64,000 nucleotides of DNA from a virus. Within the stretch, counting starts at the first letter, position 1. Each line of letters opens with the position of its first letter. The position numbers were made by a program, and so were the translations under genes. The stretch covers positions 53,612-117,611 of IMG/VR virus record IMGVR_UViG_3300046832_001910; one strand, written 5' to 3'. Below the pieces are notes generated by a model. The model worked only from the letters and a program-made list of their open reading frames with translations, searched no databases and had not been told where the DNA came from. This document shows, in pieces, positions 59,311-64,000 of this stretch.

Positions 59311-59415
59311 CTAAACCACCTCTAAACCCTATGAAGAGCTCAAATGCTCAAAACACCCTAAATCCACTAAATACTCTAAATCCTCTAAAGGATCCCCATC
59401 CACAATACCTAAACT
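59311..59415. repeat. degenerate CTAAA repeats (about 9-bp period) in a long noncoding gap
   Basis: ccctaaatc-cactaaata-ctctaaatc-ctctaaagg plus flanking ctaaac. Confidence 0.55.
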
Positions 59416-59787
59416 ATCTGTACCACCTATATAGTAGTACTAAGCTCAACATGGTGGTCTACCTGGTTCTACCAGTAATCGCGCTTGCGAATCCGGTAGT
59501 CTCAGAATTGGCTCTCTGGTTACCTATCCAGACAACCAGGATATATAGGTACCTCAAACCACTCTAGGGCTATTAGTATCACTATTTCCACCACCTGCCA
59601 CTCAAAGTACTCAACTGACAGAGATCACGAGAGCCCATGTCTCTTGAGAGAATCCAAATCCGGCCGTGTAACAAGACCCAACTCTGCCACCGCCAGATAC
59701 CGGGAGTAACCAGTGATACCCCCAGTCCAACCCCCGAGGGACACATCCCACACGGAATCCGCTGTAGTGGCGAAGCAAGCCACTAGA

Positions 59788-59894
59788 TTGTTAATAACTT
59801 TTTTCTCTCTAGAGTGAAAATAATCACCCAAAAATTTTTTTATCCCAAAAATTTGTATTAAATTTATACTATACAAATAAAATAAACGGATATG
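59788..59894 (+). repeat. early repeat, copy E
   Basis: Full motif. Confidence 0.85.
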
Positions 59895-60356
59895 GTAAAC
59901 TACACTGATCAACCCCAACTGGCAAAAGACCTAAAAGAAACTAACGACTGCTTCGTACGTGCCCTCGCAATCGCCGCAGGGATCACCTATAATGAAGCCC
60001 ACCAGATCGCCGCACAGGAATTTGGCCGTAAGGAACGCAAAGGTACCAAAGGAGTACAGGGAACCATCCACCAGTTAAACCAGAGAAACGCCTTAGTACA
60101 TATGGGATTGGATATCCAGGGAGTTAACCATACCTATGTAAACAGGAAAGGTCAGGTCCGTGGCCTTAATATCCGTGGATTCTATAACCGCTACGGTAAA
60201 GGGAACTACCTGGTACTGGTAAGCGGACATGCCCTCGCAATCATTGACGGTCAAATCAAGGATTGGACCGGTAAAGTAAAACATATTGGCCGTACTGTCC
60301 AGGCTGCCTACCGCGTGGCTAACCTCCGCCAATTGGAACTATTCGCAAATTGTTAA
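59892..60356 (+). CDS. early protein, possible Cys-His-Asp peptidase fold
   Basis: NDCFVRALA..GHALAIIDG..D. Confidence 0.6.
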   Translation: MVNYTDQPQLAKDLKETNDCFVRALAIAAGITYNEAHQIAAQEFGRKERKGTKGVQGTIHQLNQRNALVHMGLDIQGVNHTYVNRKGQVRGLNIRGFYNRYGKGNYLVLVSGHALAIIDGQIKDWTGKVKHIGRTVQAAYRVANLRQLELFANC

Positions 60357-60377
60357 TAACTCTAAAAACAGGATATG
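60350..60377 (+). repeat. early repeat, collapsed copy F
   Basis: TTGTTAATAACT joined to AAACAGGATATG. Confidence 0.6.
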
Positions 60378-60617
60378 ATAAACAACGCAGACTACCTAAT
60401 TCAGAAATACGCAGAAGCCAGAGAAAAGTACCAATCAGCATCAGGTGTTGAAGGTGAAATGTATTGGAAGGGATCAATGGATACTTACCACTCGCTACTG
60501 GTTTTAGGCTTCATTGGTTGGGCTGAAAGAGGTACTACTGGTTGGTACGTGTTTCATAAAGGACTTACCTATGATCAGGCACTCAACCACGTAACCGGTA
60601 CCCTAGTGGATTGTTAA
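60375..60617 (+). CDS. early hypothetical protein
   Basis: Between repeat copies F and G. Confidence 0.65.
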   Translation: MINNADYLIQKYAEAREKYQSASGVEGEMYWKGSMDTYHSLLVLGFIGWAERGTTGWYVFHKGLTYDQALNHVTGTLVDC

Positions 60618-60714
60618 TAACTTTTTTCATCTGGAGAGAAAAAAGTCACCCAAAAATTTTCAAATCCCAATAATTTGTATTAAATTTATACTATAATTAA
60701 ATAAACGGAATATG
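60611..60714 (+). repeat. early repeat, copy G
   Basis: Full motif. Confidence 0.85.
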
Positions 60715-60885
60715 ATTCAAACTACTAACAACTACCAGATCGAACTGAAAAATGATCTACTAATGGTTAAAGACTCAAAAGGTCAATTACTGAAAGCCTT
60801 CACTGTACCTGTATGGAACGCTGTTGAAAAGTTCCACGAGATGGTAAAACGCTGTAAGGAAATGGAAACTAAAGCCCGTAAGTAA
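60712..60885 (+). CDS. 57-aa early protein (not in ORF track)
   Basis: MIQTTNNYQIELK..; starts at the repeat ATG. Confidence 0.65.
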   Translation: MIQTTNNYQIELKNDLLMVKDSKGQLLKAFTVPVWNAVEKFHEMVKRCKEMETKARK

Positions 60886-60886
60886 T

Positions 60887-61108
60887 ATGAATCCATTCGA
60901 CAAATATCCACAAGGCTATCTGCCTAAGATCCAATACTGGGCAGGACAACTCCAGGAAGCCGCCTACCTCAATGAACCAGAACGGTTACCTTATATCTGG
61001 GTAAAGCTACAATACTTCATGGATCGCCAAGCGGCAATAAGCCGTAAGGATATCCCAGGATTTGAAGGTACCTCATCGCAATTAGATAACTTAACAATAT
61101 ACAAGTAA
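60887..61108 (+). CDS. hypothetical protein
   Basis: Operon ORF. Confidence 0.6.
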   Translation: MNPFDKYPQGYLPKIQYWAGQLQEAAYLNEPERLPYIWVKLQYFMDRQAAISRKDIPGFEGTSSQLDNLTIYK

Positions 61109-61110
61109 AC

Positions 61111-61980
61111 ATGGCAAAAACGGAAACTTTGCAATCGCGCTTAACACAGATCAAAAACGTCAAATACGCTGATGGCCTATTCGACGCTCACAAAACAGGA
61201 ACACCCCTAGATGGACTATTCAGTATCGATGGTGGAGTACCAAAGGCTACTAACTGGATGGTCGTTGGAGATCCTGGAGTAGGTAAGAGTACAGTTACTC
61301 TGGATATCATCGCAAATGCTCAGAAGCATGGCAGTAAGGTTCTGTTTATCTCGGCAGAGATGAACCAGGTGGATCTGTACCTCTATGTACAACGATATCC
61401 AAAATTTGGAAGCCTGGATATCTTCTTCCCTCAAGAATTGGAGGACTCTGCTGATCCTCGCCGTGTACTACGAGAAATCCTTGATGAAGGATATGACCTG
61501 GTACTGATTGACTCATTCATTGAACTACAACAAACCATCCGTGAACACGCACATATGACGAGTAATGGTTCAGAGAAGTGGTTATTGGATTTAATGTATG
61601 GCCACAACCTTGGCAATAACAAACCAGGCAAGTTTACTTCATTCCTTAATATACAACAGGTGAACAAAGGCGGTACCTTTGTAGGAAGTAACAAACTAAA
61701 GCATATGACCACCGGTATGATGGAGATCCGATTCGTCGATGAACGTACCCAAGATGAAAGGTATGTAGTATTCTCTAAGAATCGCCGAGGTCATGTAGGA
61801 AAACAAATGTTCTTTGATCTATCTGCCGCCGGAGATGTGGTATACGATACTGAACGATTCAAAAAATCTGAAAGCCTTAAGGAACTCAAACGTAAGGAAA
61901 AGGAATTGGTTAAATCGCAAGGCCTTGAATTTGATAAACTATTTGGACTAGGACAAGATAATCAACAAAACGAAGACTAA
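61111..61980 (+). CDS. RecA-superfamily ATPase (RadA/Sms-like, no Lon domain)
   Basis: GDPGVGKST, FISAE, LIDS, QVNKGG..GSN.LKH, KNRRG. Confidence 0.8.
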   Translation: MAKTETLQSRLTQIKNVKYADGLFDAHKTGTPLDGLFSIDGGVPKATNWMVVGDPGVGKSTVTLDIIANAQKHGSKVLFISAEMNQVDLYLYVQRYPKFGSLDIFFPQELEDSADPRRVLREILDEGYDLVLIDSFIELQQTIREHAHMTSNGSEKWLLDLMYGHNLGNNKPGKFTSFLNIQQVNKGGTFVGSNKLKHMTTGMMEIRFVDERTQDERYVVFSKNRRGHVGKQMFFDLSAAGDVVYDTERFKKSESLKELKRKEKELVKSQGLEFDKLFGLGQDNQQNED

Positions 61981-61981
61981 T

Positions 61982-62230
61982 ATGGGAAGAGGTATTATTG
62001 GCGAAAGCGGTGCAGACCGCGCCACCGACAAAATGGATAAGTTTATCCAACGCAGTAAAGGTACACCATCTAAGATGCGTACCCTGTTACAACAATTTCA
62101 GGATCTCTATCCGGATACATGGAAGGAGGAATTGGAAAAGACAAGGAATGAGGTTAAGCCATGGGACCCGGATTGGAAGGCACCCGGTTGGGGAGAACCG
62201 CGTCAGGTAAGGCAAACGCGAGATAAGTAG
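61982..62230 (+). CDS. hypothetical protein
   Basis: Operon ORF. Confidence 0.5.
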   Translation: MGRGIIGESGADRATDKMDKFIQRSKGTPSKMRTLLQQFQDLYPDTWKEELEKTRNEVKPWDPDWKAPGWGEPRQVRQTRDK

Positions 62231-62241
62231 TTAACACGAGA

Positions 62242-62334
62242 TTGTTAATAACTTTCTGAAAAAAAGTTGGTGAAATATTTTTTTATCCCAATTATTTGTA
62301 TTAAATTTATACTATAATTAAATAAACGGATATG
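62242..62334 (+). repeat. early repeat, copy H
   Basis: Full motif. Confidence 0.85.
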
Positions 62335-62619
62335 GAAATTAAACAATTCATCGAACAAATCTCAACAATGACAACCGAGGACCTTCGTATGGTTAACTCT
62401 GCAATCGTAAGTCAAATCAACTACCGCCGTAGTATCGAACTGAACCGCGCCAAGAGTCAATTATATGTAGGTGCCAACTGCAAGGTTAACCACCCACGTG
62501 CATACGGTAAAACATTCATCGTACAGAAAATCAATCCTAAGAATGTTATCTGTGTTGAAAATGGTAACCCTCGTTCTAAATGGACAATTACCGCTTCAAT
62601 GTTGGAGGTAATCGGATAA
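62332..62619 (+). CDS. early protein with SH3-like C-terminus
   Basis: Helix then VG..V..KINPKN..W. Confidence 0.65.
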   Translation: MEIKQFIEQISTMTTEDLRMVNSAIVSQINYRRSIELNRAKSQLYVGANCKVNHPRAYGKTFIVQKINPKNVICVENGNPRSKWTITASMLEVIG

Positions 62620-62713
62620 ATATAGTAGGTGAGAAAAACATCACCTAGTGAGAAAAACTCTTTCAGAAACTGAAACAACTTGTTATAATTAAAGTATAAA
62701 AATAAATCGCAAT

Positions 62714-63871
62714 ATGGCACAACTTACAACTCTCTCAACCGAAATGTTTAACCAGGCTAAAATGGAAGCTATCGGTTCTGAACTCCTTCGTAAGGAAATC
62801 TCCCTTTCTGAGTTCAACGTGGTGGATAACAACCACATTCAAATCGACGGTATTACCATTGAGGTAACCGATAAGGCATTCGCCAAACTACTTGGCCGCC
62901 TTCGTATTCCAAAGGCCTTCGCTAAACGCTTCTCTGAAGGGTTCGGTAATGATGGTCTTCGTCAATTGGTAACAATGATGAAAACCGCTAAATCAACTGC
63001 CAACGACCAAACGGTCACTCTAATGGTAGATCCTAAAAGCCGTAAGATTACTGATATCTTACCTGCAGGGTATGCCTCTATTTCGCAAGAATCATTCTTT
63101 GATTTTGCTACCCGTTACATTGACCAATATAATCTAGGAGTAACCCACGTTGGATCCTCCGCCTATGGTGGATCGCAAATCAACTGTATTGCACCTAATT
63201 CAATGTTCCGCGTACCTGGTATGGATAAGGAAGTATTCCAAACGGGAGTTACCTTCCGCAATACTCCTACTCGTGGTCTCGAGGTAAGCCCTTACCTTAA
63301 TCGTCTGATCTGTACCAATGGTATGACCTCTACTGCATTCGCAGAGAACTATGGTCTACACTCACTCACGGATAAGAATATCCACGAGTTTAATGAACAT
63401 ATGATCCAAATGGCATCTACCGGGTTCCAACCAATTGGATTGGCTGATAATATTCGTAAAGCCGTTAATACTGATGCCTCCCTGGCCGAAATGCAAAAAG
63501 CCGTATCGGCAATCCTTTCTACAGGCCAACAGGTAGACTACGACTATATCCAAAGGTACATTCCTATCGACCGCGCAATGAAAGCCTATGAAATGGCAGG
63601 GGTAGAACCTAATACCTTTACTCAGGCTCAATTGAAAAATGCTAAATCTGGTATGAGTGTCTGGGACGTGGTAAATGGTATGACCAATTTTGCATCTAAC
63701 GATACACGATACCAATTGGAAGGTAATAGCCGAGGTAATCTAATGGTAACCGCCGGTAATATCTTAACCAAAAAGCAATACGATACTGAAGGTCTTCTCA
63801 GGGTGGATCCTTTCGCTACTCGCGAACTCCTTACTGAGGCTGAAGCCGCTCGCATCCGCGGAGACCGTTAA
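62714..63871 (+). CDS. DUF932-like protein
   Basis: RLICTNGM; SVWDVVNGMT. Confidence 0.65.
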   Translation: MAQLTTLSTEMFNQAKMEAIGSELLRKEISLSEFNVVDNNHIQIDGITIEVTDKAFAKLLGRLRIPKAFAKRFSEGFGNDGLRQLVTMMKTAKSTANDQTVTLMVDPKSRKITDILPAGYASISQESFFDFATRYIDQYNLGVTHVGSSAYGGSQINCIAPNSMFRVPGMDKEVFQTGVTFRNTPTRGLEVSPYLNRLICTNGMTSTAFAENYGLHSLTDKNIHEFNEHMIQMASTGFQPIGLADNIRKAVNTDASLAEMQKAVSAILSTGQQVDYDYIQRYIPIDRAMKAYEMAGVEPNTFTQAQLKNAKSGMSVWDVVNGMTNFASNDTRYQLEGNSRGNLMVTAGNILTKKQYDTEGLLRVDPFATRELLTEAEAARIRGDR

Positions 63872-63906
63872 TATACTAAGTCCAGGTTTATCCGTTTACC
63901 CCTGGC

Positions 63907-63933
63907 AGGGACCACTCCGGTGGTCCCTTTTTT
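63907..63933 (+). terminator. intrinsic terminator
   Basis: AGGGACCAC-TCCG-GTGGTCCCT then T tract. Confidence 0.88.
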
Positions 63934-64000
63934 ATGCTCTATCATCCCTTGATAGGATTTGGGCTGTATTGGCGAAGCAAGGGTGCCCAAAATACACACA

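Noticed and set aside
59331-59918. ORFs 59331-59567 (+) and 59625-59918 (-)
   Set aside because: Low-complexity translations of a skewed gap with no A-rich leader; the second crosses a promoter repeat.
41875-62334. Repeat copies as a CRISPR array
   Set aside because: Copies are about 100 bp, dispersed and separated by whole genes, not short spacers; the Cas4-like nuclease at 5554 is a common stand-alone phage gene.
1-64000. Stop-codon recoding
   Set aside because: Code 11 gives dense, full-length genes, and both TAG and TGA end genes at normal boundaries.

Overview
This AT-rich, gene-dense window has essentially all credible genes on the + strand and reads as part of a large T4-like or jumbo dsDNA phage. 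The host is probably Bacteroidota, inferred from TAnnTTTG-like promoter boxes, no Shine-Dalgarno motifs and Bacteroidota-style lipoproteins. Contents: (1) nucleotide metabolism, with two dNMP kinases, a dCMP-hydroxymethylase-like ThyA paralogue, a canonical ThyA and an IMPDH/GMP reductase; (2) an ECF sigma factor, PD-(D/E)XK nuclease, collagen-like fibre, PhoH, Hsp20, an N-domain-less ClpC and UvsE; (3) three glycan-modification clusters; (4) about 15 proteins sharing a T4-like capsid-targeting leader, several built as modules joined by ESVNE-type linkers; (5) a lysis cassette where a tandem-PAS, 2-TM protein sits between an endolysin and a holin-like gene; (6) an aerolysin-like orphan; (7) early-gene arrays punctuated by a ~90-110 bp stem-loop promoter repeat. 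Three promoter classes can be read from the sequence. No tRNA, rRNA, CRISPR array or transposase was seen. All functional calls come from motif recognition by eye, not database searches.
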